In this document: positions 45,551 through 58,530 of the stretch, in pieces
Numbering within the stretch: the stretch's first letter is position 1
How the letters are laid out: each line of letters opens with the position of its first letter
NCBI GenBank assembly: GCA_950097015.1
Contig: CATNEN010000007.1
Coordinates: forward strand, 6,324,001-6,388,000
Direction: 5' to 3'
Length of the DNA: 64,000 bases
From: Macrostomum hystrix
Lineage: Eukaryota > Animalia > Platyhelminthes
The notes under the pieces: model-generated
What the model saw: only the letters and a program-made list of their open reading frames with translations
What the model was told of the DNA's origin: nothing
The model's database searches: none
Program-made: the position numbers and the translations under genes

Positions 45551-46529
45551 CAAATTTAATGCCACAGACTAGGAGATTGCTCTTGATTGTATAGATCATA
45601 TAAGCTTAACACCATTGAGGTCTGGATGTTAGAACTTGACATGTAGCTAACCAATTTCACCAATCATCTTGACTAGTATTAGTAATTTAACCTATGATCA
45701 ATACACATTAATATTTGATGACAAATTGTGATGGTCAGTTGTAATGAAGCCAATAAAACCTTTGACTCAGGGCATTGGTTAAATTGTTAAATAGGTAAAT
45801 AGGTCTGTATGTTAATTAGTAATTATATTTTTGTCACAATTTATCTTTATATTTATATCTTAATTGTTAGAGTAGTTAATATAGCCTTTATTGAAGCCAC
45901 TATTGGCTCAAATTACTGTTTACTAATTACTGAAACTGCTAGATTAGCTTTTTTCAACTCTGTGGATTGCTAGATTTAAGTTTAGCTGTTTGAGCTTTGC
46001 ATTCCTGATAAAGTAAAAGTAGCAGAGTCTATTCTACTTGTAGAATTTAAAACTAGTCAGAGAAAGTCTGAGGCAAAATCTAAGCTAAGCTTAAAGCAAG
46101 ATTTGCAAGTAGAAGAGCTACTTATTGCTTTATTGCACAATTGCTGGGGTAGAAATTTGCCAACCCTAGTTGTCTTTTCTGCACAATAAAGCTATGGTAC
46201 TGGCTTAGTATTAGTTAATTAAGCAAGGTCTAAATTCTGTTTCAATTTATGATGTAAAGCTTAGTCATGCTTTGGGAGAAAAAGAAATTTCTTGATTAAG
46301 CCATGCCAAGGAAAATCAATAAAACCAAACTTCATACTTTTAGTTATTTTAGATAAGTTTTACAGTTCTAGCTCATCTTAAAAATGTAAAATATTTTATG
46401 GTAATTGTTTAGAAAAATGTAAATGCTCACTAAACTTGCCAATTACAATATGTGTTTTTTGTTATCACATCTGTTTATCCTATTCGGATAAATTTCCACA
46501 GCAGGCCAAAGAAGCAGAAAGACGGCAAG

Positions 46530-48662
46530 ATGCAGCGCATGCCAGAGGCCACTCAGTGGCAGTGCGAAAATGTATTCGCTACACTAATGCGTCGGCCTAT
46601 TGGCCCGCCACCATCGTCGCTGCATGGACCTTCTGTCAGCCTGGCTATGCGGCCTTTCCCTACAGAATTCCTGTCCCACATGGAGTTGGCCTGGTCCGAC
46701 ACTATCGAGGTAGCCGGCGACGCCAGCCCACTTGTGCCGCCAATGCAGGCCGACTATTGCAAGCGACCCGATAGGCCTAGCCTCCTGGCTGTTGGCGACG
46801 AAGAAGGCGGCGTCCTGCTGATGAACACGGACCTGCCAGCCGGCTCCAGCCTGCAGGCCGCCTGGCGGGCGCATCGGAATGCCATCTTCGATTTGCAGTG
46901 GCTGGCAGACAGCGGCGAACAGCTGCTCACCGCCTCGGGGGATAAGACGGTGCGGCCCGGTGGCTTAAATGCTTACAATTAGTTGTATATTAAATAGGCA
47001 CATAATTGATAGGCATTTAGCCTTTTGAGTTTGGCCTATTTCCTCTGTGTCTTTGCTGGCAAGATTTGGCCATTCAAACAGGGGGAAAGTTTGAGTCTAG
47101 TACAATCTTCTCAAACCCCTATTTAGGTGCGGCTGCACTCCTGCTTAGATCGGCGCGAGCTCCGCGCATTCCAGGGCCACACCAGCTCGGTGAAGAGCCT
47201 CAGCTGCCGCCCAGGCGAGCCGGCTAGCCGGGGCCAGTTCTGCAGCAGCTCACGCGACGGCACAGTCCGCCTCTGGGACTCCCGCACCCCAGCTGGCTGC
47301 GTCAGCGTCATTCCTGATGCCCACGCCGCCTGCACTGTCGCAGTTAACAACGCCGGCCCACGACGCTCAGCTCCGACGCCAGCTGCCCGGCGTCGTCGAA
47401 GTACAATCGCGTGCGGGAGCGGCGGCGGTGGCGCCAATAGCGTGACTTGCGCAGTGTTCATCGACTCGCACAGCTTGGCCACTTGCGGCGCGGCCGATGG
47501 TTTCATCAAACTGTGGGACCTGCGCTCGCTGCCTTCAGCAGCATCGTCGGCTACAGCTGCACCTGCAGCGCAGCGTCGCCGTGTGTCATTGGCAACGTCG
47601 AAGTCTGCGACGCCTTTCCAGACGCTGGCGTACCCGGGTCCGGGCAAGCCGCATGGCTATTCTCACCTGGCCTTCGACCGGGGCCGCCTGTTCGCCAGCT
47701 GCCTGGACTCCGCCTTGTACGAGTTCCAGCCATTGGCACGGAGGCCTGGGCCAAGCGCCGTCTACCGCGGCCACCATCGCGTTGATGCATTCTACGCTCG
47801 TAGCAGCGTCAGTCCCGATGGTCGCTTCGTGGCTGCTGGCAGCAACGACTGCCGCGTTGTCCTGTACGCCACTGACTGGCAGCAGGTCGGCCAGCCGCCG
47901 GCGCTTCTGTCCGGCTTCGATGCTGAAGTGCCGGTGGCGGTCTGGTGCCCGGCCGGCTGCGACCCGCTGCGGCTGGCCACGCTGTCCGACGACTGCACCG
48001 TGCGACTGTGGCGCCTTAGCCGGCGACGTCACTGGGAAATGGAAGGCCAGGCGGCTGACACGGAGCGTATTCGACTGCGCGCTCTGGCCACACTGGCTGA
48101 CGACGCCGACGGCTGCTGGAGCTGTCGATGTCCCGCCGAGGCTTTGCCAGCTACGTCGGCGAATGTTCCGACGGTTGCGCCGACGCCCACGTCCTCGAGC
48201 CAGCGTCAGTTAAATATACGGAACTTTTTGGCGGCGTCATTGTCAGGAAGCTCAGAGACGGCCTCGGTGGCCTTCTCGCGACATCGCAGTCCACTGGGGC
48301 GCCAGCTCACCCTGCCGCAGACGCCGCCTCCGCAGCCGACGCCACAGCCACCTCCTCCGCTGTCAATGCTGCGCGACTCGACCAACACGCCGTCTAGGCG
48401 CCTGTCAAAACGACCGGCAGTCAAGTCGCCGTCTCCATCACCGACGGCCTCTCCGCTCCGGCCTCTGCAGTTAAACAGTCAGCAACAGCCGCAGCAGCAA
48501 CAGTTTAAGAAGTCCGCGAAGCGACCTCGCGTGTCCCGGCAGTCGAAGCCTATCGGTGGAGGCACTCCAGACCGTCCCCGCCTTGGCGGCGATCCTGCAG
48601 CCTCACCGTCAGCCCAGCTCATCACAAACTTCTTTAAACCGCTACTACCACCAGCTCTGTGA
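46530..48662 (+). CDS. DTL: Denticleless/Cdt2 WD40 substrate receptor of CRL4 (about 651 aa)
   Basis: Exons 46530-46949 and 47127-48662. LAVGDEEG, AHRNAIFDLQW, LLTASGDKT, GHTSSVKS, SRDGTVRLWDSR, GAADGFIKLWDLR, FYARSSVSPDG, TLSDD; disordered SP/TP-rich tail ending in PIP-like LITNFF. Confidence 0.92.
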
Positions 48663-49025
48663 CTTGGCGAGACCTTGCGAAAGACACTTTGCCCTTGATT
48701 GTTGACTTTGATTCCATGCTGTGTGTCTCTTCTGATCAATCCTCCTTTTTTATTTACTTGCCGTACTATTTGTTGAATTGTACTGCTAGAAATATCTATT
48801 GACTTTTACTTTCATGCTTGTCTAAAGCATTCGTATCTAGCTATGAATCTTTCAACTGTATTGCACTTATTTACTCTGAAATTTTATATATTGTTTATAT
48901 AAATCGTTATTTTTCTATCTCAGTTTTGCTCTAATTTAGTTTATCTTTGCAGTCCGCATTTCGAAGCAGTTTTTGTGGCATTTTTTCGTGCATAACGATT
49001 TAAGGAGTCCTCCCTATTTTTAGCT

Positions 49026-51012
49026 ATGAAGCTGATGACGTCATCTTGTAAGTACAGATAACGTCATCTTGTAAATACAATGTTAAAAACGGCATTTCCC
49101 GTCATTATTAATACAACTAACACTAAGGGATTAACTTCTTTGTTCACTTATTCTGTGTTCCTAGTGGTATAGAAATGCGAGTTAGAACTTACTTTCGAGA
49201 CAATTAATATACTAATATGGTAGCATATCAGGGGGCGAGTGGGTCAGCGGCTAACGTCGCTGCCTCGCACTCCAAAGGACGCTAGTTCGATTCACCCTTC
49301 AAGTCACGATTAATTTCGGGACTTGTTGGGGGGTTTGGACAGTAGCGACCGGCGGAGGTGCACCATATTTCGTGCAATCAAAGCTTGAAATAATAGCTTC
49401 GCTCCTACCTTCTGTGTGCCTGTTCTGTGTTGTGTGAGTTGTGTGCGTTGGTGCTGGGGCGTGAGACCTTGCGGGGGTGGCTGGAGGGCGGGTGTACACC
49501 GCCGCGCGCTTTCTGGACTTCCGTCAGCGCGATTGGATAAGTGTACACTCATCACCCGGCCCCCCCTGAGGACTGATTTCTTATCAGCCTTCCTTGGTCT
49601 GCTATGTGCGTGTGGGGCTGGGGGGGGGCACTGCTGCCTATTCTGGGTGCCTCCTGCCCTCCCCGGCTGGTCTGTGCTGCTGGTGTGGTGCCTGCTCAGG
49701 GGAGGTGGCGCGATGGGCTCGAAAGCGCCTAGTTCGCCGGTCTGGGGGCGTGCCGCTCCGTCGCTTGTGCGACAAGTGCCCCGGGCCCCCTGCAAATAGA
49801 TAGAGAAGGTAGCATATCTACTTATAAGTCAGATTAGAACATCTGAAGGTCGCAGCAGTGTTTATTGATTTGTTTATTTTCATTCATTTAAAAGAAACCG
49901 CAGGTTTGTCACTTCAGAGCTCGCAATTCATTCCGCTTCCCCAGGAGCCGGAGGATTTGCCAGAGCTCTACAAGGTGGTGCCTAACGACGCGGCCACACT
50001 GCAGGTGAGTCGCTTACTTATTTTATGGGCTCTGATTGCATCTCTAGAATCTACCTAAAAGATTGTACGAGTGTGTACAGTAACAGTAACGAATGAAACA
50101 CGGACGCCAGTGTGTTTTTAATTTGTCAGTCAACCTGTGGCTCGTTGTGGCAAGTCAACGTTGTCTCCGTTTTACTGGTCGCACTTCTGCCACCTAGTCC
50201 ACATGTTAGCGATGGCTTAAGCAGCAAACAGGGTGCGAGACATTTTATAGAGGATGACACGGCGACTCAGTGCTTCGAGCTCACCCCTGTTCTTCTAGTC
50301 ACGACCTCGAAGAAGCTTTTTCATCTGCAAAAATACTTCATTCCATCCTGCTGACCAGAGGGCAAAAACTTGATTGCGCTGGCTTTCGGTGCTCTGTAGA
50401 GAATCCCTTTTTGCTGCTGTTTTGTTTGAGTAGTATGACCATAGACACTGCCACGCGTTATTGACACATCGGCAGCGCAATTAAAAATATAGATTTCCAT
50501 AAATTAAAATTCCAGCAAAAGTTCCCTCTACAACAGAGGATGTTTAACACTTTGGCAGGAAATTTATCTTAAATTCAACATGTAGAACGTTAAAATTAAA
50601 CTCGTACTTATTGATGAGCTAGAACAGATAGATATTCCAGCCTCCAGGAACATTCGGACACCCTCATATTAACTGCAGTGATCATTTGCAGGTGCTCCAA
50701 TTTCTGTCTGGCAAGGACGCCTCACTCCGCTGGGAGTTCACCTTTGCCGATCCAGGTCTGGAGGCCAGGCGTTTGCAGATCTACAAGTTTCTAAGAAAGC
50801 GCCGCTATGAACGCGCGATGAAGGCGCAAGGCGGTGGCAGCGCTGCTGCTGCCAACGGCCGTCACTGCAGGACGCACGCCCAGCCCGTCCACCCGACCCA
50901 GCCTATCTCCAATCCGTATGTGAGCCGCGACGAGTCGTTGAACTTCCTGACCAGGCAGCAGCTGCTAGACGCTGGCTATGAGCTGCCCGGCTCCACCGCT
51001 GCCGGCAAGTGA
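49026..51012 (+). CDS. LIAT1: LIAT1-like (ligand of ATE1) small protein, about 147 aa
   Basis: Exons 49026-49047, 49904-50004 and 50692-51012 join in frame. SLRWEFTFADPGLEARRLQIYKFLRKRRY matches the Liat1 domain as I recall it (SLRW....DPE.E.ER.RIYK.NRRKRY). The first exon is tentative. Confidence 0.75.
49230..49807 (+). mobile_element. tRNA-derived SINE with 11-bp TSD
   Basis: Pol III A-box-like TGGGTCAGCGG and B-box GTTCGATTC in the head; TSD GGTAGCATATC at 49219-49229 and 49808-49818; short ATAG tail. Confidence 0.88.
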
Positions 51013-52117
51013 CTTGCGAATAAAAACAAACTTGGCTTGTTCTGTCACATGACAGTTCGGAGCCAGTAGCGACACATCGGTGTGTAACCAATAAAAAACG
51101 GCGGGAGATTGCTTCCCACGAGTGACATTTTTGTTTGTGTCGTTACACTGACACAATGCCACACTCTCGCCTATTCTATTTTAGTTGACTTCCAACGATT
51201 TGTGTCTCAATTCAAAGCTTCCATTGGTTTCTGTTTTGGTCTTCGAAGGCCGTAGCTGCATGTGTGCTCGTTTTGATTGCAGCTTAGAAAGCCAGCATTA
51301 CAATTACTTAATGTTAATTCCGTCCAAACTTTGGTCTTTTTTTAATCGAGAGTTAACTACTCTTGTATCTCTGCTACACTGCTACATTCTGAATTACGAA
51401 TCGATCGCGTATCAGTGTCATATATTTTATGTGAATAATAGTTAGTACTCGTACAGTTTCGTGCGGACAACTTTCTTGTACAAAGCAATACCACATGTTG
51501 CTTGTTTAGTTCCCTAATTCCTTTTTACAATTTGTTTTTGTTCTACATTACAAGGCAGACAACTATCTCAGGTATTAATGCTTGGAGCTTGAAAATTTAG
51601 AACAAAAATTAAAGAGGTGTCGCGTCGTTTCTTATTTTAAACAGAAACAAAGTATTAACAGAGAGCAGAATAGCAGTCCTGGTTGTTTTACACGCTTTTA
51701 TTTACACACAAGTATGCAGCCTTAAAATGCAGTAGCACTGAATTCAGAATCTTAGCCCAGAGAGGCAGCCGAGGAACAAGGAGATTCTGGTGCTATTTTT
51801 GCACCTGAATTGTGAAGACAAAACATGTAAATCGGTCATCTTTTAATTAAAATTATGCGGCTCGAAAATTATTGCTGAAAGCAAGCAAAATGCGCAAAAT
51901 AAGCAATCGTATAACACGGATAAAGCAGTCGGCCTGGAGCACACATAATGGCATTTATGGTTTACTAAAAAAGGAAAAATTAATTGTCAGAAACAAACAA
52001 AAAATCTACATCGAATGCAGACACAAAAGAAATTCAGTTGTTTTTACAATAAAAAATGCCAATTGGAATTAGCTTTGACAGTGATGCGCCTTGAGCATGT
52101 GCTCAGAGAAGTTTGAG

Positions 52118-52907
52118 CTACTTGCCCGTATCGTTGTTAATCTCGTGCATGAGCTGGGCAAATTTGTCCACGTACTCTGTCGTGTCCTCGCTGATCATCG
52201 CGTTGATGGCCGAGCTAATAGTGAAGGAATCGCGGCTGCTCTCGCACACTCGCTGCGGCGTTTTCAGCGGGCTGACTGAGTAGCCGATGCCCGCGTGGTC
52301 CCATCCGGTCGCGATGCTATCAGCGCCCGCGGACGGCATTGCGGCAAAGTTCGCATTGTCATCGTCGGCGCGCGGATGGCGCCGCTGCTGCTGGTCAGAG
52401 GTGTGATTCAGATCCTCCAGCAAGCCAGTCAGGCTGTCATCGGCCGAGACACCCACGGACGCGGCATCATAGTTCGACAGTTGCAGCAACTGCTGCTGGT
52501 GTGGAAACAATGACGACGGCGTCGACGCTGGCGCAGACTCGACGCTTCCCATGCGCAGCTGCCGCTGGACAGCCGAGATTGACCGCTTACCCGCTAGCAG
52601 CGAGACCTGGCGCATCTGCAGTCTAGATGTTGAGCAGGGCTGCGGCACCTGGAACTGCTGCTGCTGCTGCTGCTGAGGCTGCGGCTGCGGTAGTTGCTGC
52701 TGCTGTTGCTGAGTATTATTGGCAGACTGCATAACGGAAGCAGCTGAAGCCACGCCGGAAGCGGTCGAGACAGCGGAAACTGCGGTGCAAGTGGCGGTCA
52801 GTGAGGTGGAGGCCGTCGCTGTGGCAGCAGCGGCAACGGCAGAATTGTCGAGCTGGCTGCTTGTGCAGATAGAGAAGTAGCGGCCGCATGGATAGCCTTC
52901 ACGGCTT

Positions 52908-52975
<68 letters not shown>

Positions 52976-55900
52976 CTGTGATCGCTGGAGCTCGCGCACC
53001 TGGTCTCGTAGAGCTGAGTTTTGCGATTGCAAAGAATCCATCTGAGGGATTTTATAATGAATTGTATATACAAGCCGCCCATTTCTGGCTTGGAAGTAAT
53101 CCTTAAGCGAAAGCGCACCTTTGATTTCAACGAGAAATTCTCCGCCTCCAGCACTGCCCGCTCGCGCTGCTGATTTAGCTCGTGTGTGGCCAGATGAAAC
53201 AGCCGGCGCATTGTGTTGGTGATGCCAGTCTCGCGCTGGGCCAGGTCGGCCATGGACAGGTACTCGTATTCCAGCCGGATCACTGGCGGACAGCCCAGGG
53301 CCAGGTAGAGAGCCAGCAGGCGGATGCCGCGCGACTCCTCCAGGCTGACTCCGCACCGCAGGCGGGCGAGCAGGTGGCGCAAGTCCAGCCGGAACTGGCC
53401 CACCTGCTCGGCGGTGATAACGGACGTAGACGAAGAAGCTGCAGCAGCTTGAAGATCAGCTTGCTGTAGCTTCTGGTCCTGAGAGTGCTGCTGCTGCTGT
53501 TGTTGCTGCTGCTGGGAGAACTTAGTCAGGTAGGCTTCCAGGGCTATGTCCTTCACCTGAAGTATAAGCCAGAAAAATCTGTTTTAGAGGACAGTTTTGT
53601 CACAAAACAATAATAATAACCGGTTACAATAATCATAACTGTGAGCGCAGGAGAGCTGTGAAAACGGGCATATATGCTATTATTTGGTGACAGTAGACCC
53701 GCAGCCAGAGAGAGGCAATGCTAACACACAGGTGTGTACATTTGCCCTGACATTTGCTTGGGGTTGGGCCATTAAGGGTGCACCACATGCCCCCAAGCCG
53801 ATTCTCTTAGCGATGGTGCCTCCTCACCTTGCTCTTGCTAACCGATGTGACCAACTCGGCGCCGTCGGCAGCCTCGTCAAAGCTGCTACAGTCGGCGGCG
53901 CCGCAGACATCCTCGTCTGGCAGGTAGGCTGTGAGGCAGGGCCGGTCACGCCTGGGCGGCAGGCCGAGGCCCTCGCGCAGTCGTGCAGCCGCGGTGCGCC
54001 ACTTGCAGCGCAGGGCGTCCAGCGCGTCAAACAGCTGCCGGTTGAGGCTGACCTTGGCCCGCACCCGCGGATTCTGGCCGGCCGCCTGAACCCTGGCGAA
54101 GGAGAGGCCGGTGCGCGGCACCAGGTCCAGCAGGACAGTGTCCGGGAACTGGTAGTCCGGCCTGGGACCCTGCAATGCGGCCGAGACGATGCGTAGAATA
54201 TATATAATACGAGCTCTGTTAGCACATAATGCTTAGGTGGCAGCAGCAAATAGTAAAAGAAACTGCAGCCGGGCCAGACGTACAACCAGTGGCACAGCTA
54301 TAGCTATTCAGCGGCGCATGACAGGCTTCGTATAACCGTTCAGTCCATAGACTGTGGGGACACCCACACGCACCCTGTCCCAGATGGGACTGGAGAGAGA
54401 TGGGACAGGGGAGAAATAGGACAGGGGAAAGATGGGACAGGAAAGAGATGGGACAGGGGAGAAATGGGACAGGGGAAAGATGGGACAGGAAAGAGATGGG
54501 ACAGGGGAGAGATGGGACAGGGGAGAGATGGGACAGGGGAGAGGACAGGGGAGAGATGGGACAGGGAAGAGATGAAAAAGGGCCAGGGGCCGGATTCGGA
54601 AGCTTCTTCCCCCGCGAGCAGGAAGTTCGAACTCTAGATTTCTGTAGAGAGTTGTAAAATGTGCTTTTGCTTAACGCGCTACTTAAAGTAATGTCACAAG
54701 GAAACCTTAGCTACAACGTTTAATCTATTTTTAGAAATGAGTCATGCACTATTTTTAGAAACAAGTCATGTGACATGAAACCGGAGAACCGGTTCTTGAC
54801 AGCTGTATTTGCTTGAATTCCAAATATGGTAAAACAAACAATTATGACTCATCGGTTTCTGCATCTGTATTTACACAATATTCCAAATATGGTAATGTTC
54901 ACCTGAAAACCCCCAAAACGTAGCTGATCAAACAAGTCTGACCTCACTGTGCAAACATGTATGCCCAATGTAAACACCCGGTAGTAGAACCGGTTTTTCC
55001 CCAAAATTTTACTATAAATACAAGCGAAAATCCGAGCTAAAAATTCAGACTCGGAGCGGTCCACCGGACTTCAAAACACCTTACGAAGAAGAGGACTCAT
55101 CTCTGAGAGAAAGACAATAGGTAAGCGCTTTACTAGACAGAGTAATTTATTGCTAGCAATCGTTGTTGAATTGAACTAAGTTTACGAGAGCCACATATCG
55201 TCGATACATTTGAGAAAGGCCTCCTTGTTTCCTAGGATACATTCCTAGAGGATTATTGATTGATTTGATTTGAGTTATCCGTTATCTTTCGGAGGTAACG
55301 AAGAAGACGCCCTTCAGGAGGACCTATTAGAGATATACACGAGAGATTTCAATTGTTCACTAGGGCGCACGTTTCTATTGTGAATTCCGAGCTCGAGGAA
55401 ACCGACAAGTAATCTGATTCGCTCTCGTCATTTATTGGCCAACAGATAAACTCAAGCAGCTGCCAAGAAGACAAAGAAGACAAGACTACAAAGACTCAAG
55501 AAACACAGACTCGAAACCTCACGGTCGACCAGAACAAGGATTAGAAGAACCGCCGGCTGTCGAAGACCAAAGGCTACGAACTACTCACTACCAAGGAACA
55601 AGAAGCAATTGCAGTAAGTGTCACGTGACTGTTATAAATTCCTAGGCAATTGTTCCCCATTGTCTAGAAGTGGGAGTTTCGTGTGTCTGATCAACACGCA
55701 AAACTCTTCATTTCTTCGTTGGGAGCCTAAAGCTCAAACCATAAAGCTAAAAACCAGGTATTGTAAAGCGCCTCACCTGAATGTGATTCAAACGGCGCAA
55801 TGCCGGGCAGACAGGCGACCGCACAATGAACGACTTCTTTTTGCCGCGCACCTTGATACGGGTGGCGCCGTTGTGCACCAGCTCGTTCAGTCGCTCGCCA

Positions 55901-57233
55901 AGGCGGGCGGTGAGCGTCTTGCCGGCCAGGTATTTGCGAAAGTGGCCGTAATTAATTAAGCTGTAGAGTTCACGAACCGCTGGCCGAACCGCGTCGTCGA
56001 AGGTGAGGAAGTGGCGGATGCTCTGCCAGGTGCGCTGGTAGAACACCTTCACCTGCAGCGGCGGCGGAAAACAATGAAGCATTGAAGGGGAGAAGTCAAC
56101 AAAAGGCTCTAGAATGGAGCCCGAGGTCAACTTTCGAACCAATCCAACTATCTATCGTCCAGGGTACATTGGGTAGGACTGGGTGGGATTTCTCGGCGTT
56201 TCTAGTCGACTGGATCGACCAGCTACTGATTTTAGTCGGTTTGTTTCGAGGATTGGACCTTGAGCTCCATTCTAGAGCCTTCAGTTGACATCTTCATGTG
56301 TTTGAGCGTTGGGCCGGGTGTGAGGCGTCGTATGGGGGGTGTGGCGGGTGTGCACCAATGTGTACTCTCGTCCCTAACCTTCAGGCATCTAAGTCCTCCC
56401 CTGGTTTGATCTGCTCTGTGCGTTTCTCTGTGCGAGAGAGGCACTCCGGCTGCCGCCCCCTTCCCCGCTTGGCTTGCTGCTGTGTGTGAGGTGCCTGAGT
56501 CCAGGGGTCTAGATGGCGCGATGGGCGACTCCCGCCTTCGCCGGTCTGGGGGCATGCCGTTCCTGTGTTTGTGCGTCAAGTGCCCCAGGCCCCCCTGCGA
56601 ATAAGTAAAGTAAGTAAGACATCTTCACCAATGAGACTGGTGGTGGACTCCATGCTCAAGCGTCTACAAATTAACATTGACCATTAACTCTCATTCGCTC
56701 CCACACCTACCCAATTAGTAGCTCTCTGCCCTCCCATCATCAAACGAATCCGGGCGGTGCAGCTCTACCTGATTGCGCGTCTTCGCAGACGCATCGGCGG
56801 TGCGCCGCACCTTGAGTCGCATATAGCGGCTAATCTCCAAGAAGTTTTTGCCATAAAGCTTCAGAGCGTCAAAGAATGCGGACTTCTCCTCGGGGGTCCA
56901 CACATTGGCCACTTTTCGCTTAGCGCCGGAGGTTGCCGCGACGGCCGTTGCAGCTGCGCCAGACGCTTCATCCGAATCTATGGAGTCGGTGGTGGCTGCT
57001 GAGGTGGCCGCAGCAGAGGAAGACACTGCCGCAGCGGCTGCTGATGAGGCCGAAGCAGATCCAGAGGCAAGGGAGACGGAGCCGACATTTGAGCCCCCGG
57101 AGGCTGCGACAAACGCAGCACCGGCAGCTTCATCTAGACAGGAAACAGGCCCACTGGTGCCATCCGCGTCCCTAGTAACGCAGGTGCGCTGGCGCAGCTT
57201 CACCGATGAGGCGATGCTGTGGCCCGCATCCAT
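52118..57233 (-). CDS. CRAMP1: Cramped-like SANT-domain protein (about 814 aa)
   Basis: Exons 57233-56769, 56052-55777, 54169-53828, 53556-53119, 53041-52118 join in frame. SANT WTPEEKSAFFDALKLYGKNF..NQ|VKVFYQRTW; ELYSLINYG; LNELVHNGAT; PVCPALRRL; QNPRVR; LYLALG..LEYEY; C-terminal MISEDTTEYVDKFAQL. Confidence 0.92.
54382..54572. repeat. 15-bp purine-rich repeat (GGGGAGAGATGGGAC)
   Basis: Read directly. Confidence 0.9.
56297..56617 (+). mobile_element. 5'-truncated retroposon (SINE or LINE 3' end) with 10-bp TSD and TAAG tail
   Basis: TSD GACATCTTCA at 56287-56296 and 56618-56627; its 3' ~100 nt are similar to the 3' end of the SINE at 49230. Confidence 0.85.
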
Positions 57234-58349
57234 TGCGGCAGCAAATTTGAAGAGAATGATGCAGAGATTAGACTAGCTAGACAAGATCTATGAGCCGATG
57301 GATTGGAAAATGAATCACAGGTGAGAGAAGCAATAGGATCCAATGAGCTGAAAAGGCAAAATAAATTGAGCATTTGTTTGTGCCCTTTATTTGAAGACCT
57401 ATCATTATATTAAAATGTGACTGTAAAATATTTAGCACTCAAAAAAAATGAAAATTTTTAGCACAGATTAAATAAAAAACTTGGTTAGGCATATACTGTA
57501 TAAAAACTTTGCATGAAATTTGGCAAATTTGACCATTTTAAATAGGAAAAATTGTATTGGGTAACATACTCATTTTCAATAAATGCCTTTTTAATTAACT
57601 TTTTCTCAATAAAAATGTATCATTTTTCCCTTTTTAATGGGCTCTATATCTTTTGAATTTAGCAGTGGCAACACTCTGCACATACTATATTGATATTACC
57701 ACTACCCTTGCTTCTGTAAATCTTACTGTACCCTTACTTGTCCAATAGACATGAAAGTGATTGGACAGTGTCATTACTTTGAATGACACTTGTATATGCT
57801 TGTAATGCTTAACATGTCTTCTAAATCTAATAACTGCTGCTAGAGCTAAAATAAATATATATAGCATTGTACTAAAAATCTGAAGCCCTAATTATAGCTT
57901 TTTATCTAATGACAAAATTTATAGAGCCCTAATTTTTGGAACTCATCCAAAATATCCCTATTGAAATTAAAAACCTGTGGATACGCACCTTAGAATTGAA
58001 AAGTATTGAGCACTTTAGCCAAGTGCCACTCAAAAATTTTGTAGGAACTCTGTATTAAACTCTGTAATCATTAATGTTAAAAATGTTAAACAATACAGAA
58101 AAATTGGACTCAATAGCTTTTGGCCTTGGTAACTCCTTTTGAAAGAAAGTATAATAGATTGTTTCTGAGTATTGGATTTCCTACAAAGCATTCAGTAAAA
58201 TTAATATTTTTTTTAATTTTGACTTGTTTAGATAAGTGAATATTTGTTATACAGTATAAAACTTTGTTTAAATGTGTCTATCATTATTATTACAAAATAA
58301 GTATAAATACAGCTAAGTTTGGCAAAAGAAATTTGACTTGTGGTTTCAT

Positions 58350-58530
58350 ACCAAGTTCAAATACAATACTCAGAAATGTTTTTTCATTCTTTATAAAACA
58401 TACAGAGAGAAATACTAAGAGAATTCAAAAGAGAAAGAGGTAGAAAGTATTGCTCTACACTTGAGATCATTGGTGTAACATTCTTTGGAAAGCTTATATT
58501 CAGAGATACATATACATTCTCAGAGACAAA
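58350..58530 (+). repeat. Dispersed AT-rich repeat, copy 2
   Basis: Diverged direct copy of 42240-42410. Confidence 0.8.

Noticed and set aside
52798-53356. Programmed frameshift between overlapping CRAMP1 ORFs
   Set aside because: Explained by a 77-bp GT-AG intron (53118-53042).
55285-55320. Hammerhead ribozyme (CTGAAGG..CGAAAG on the minus strand)
   Set aside because: The core deviates from CTGANGA and the stems do not pair convincingly.
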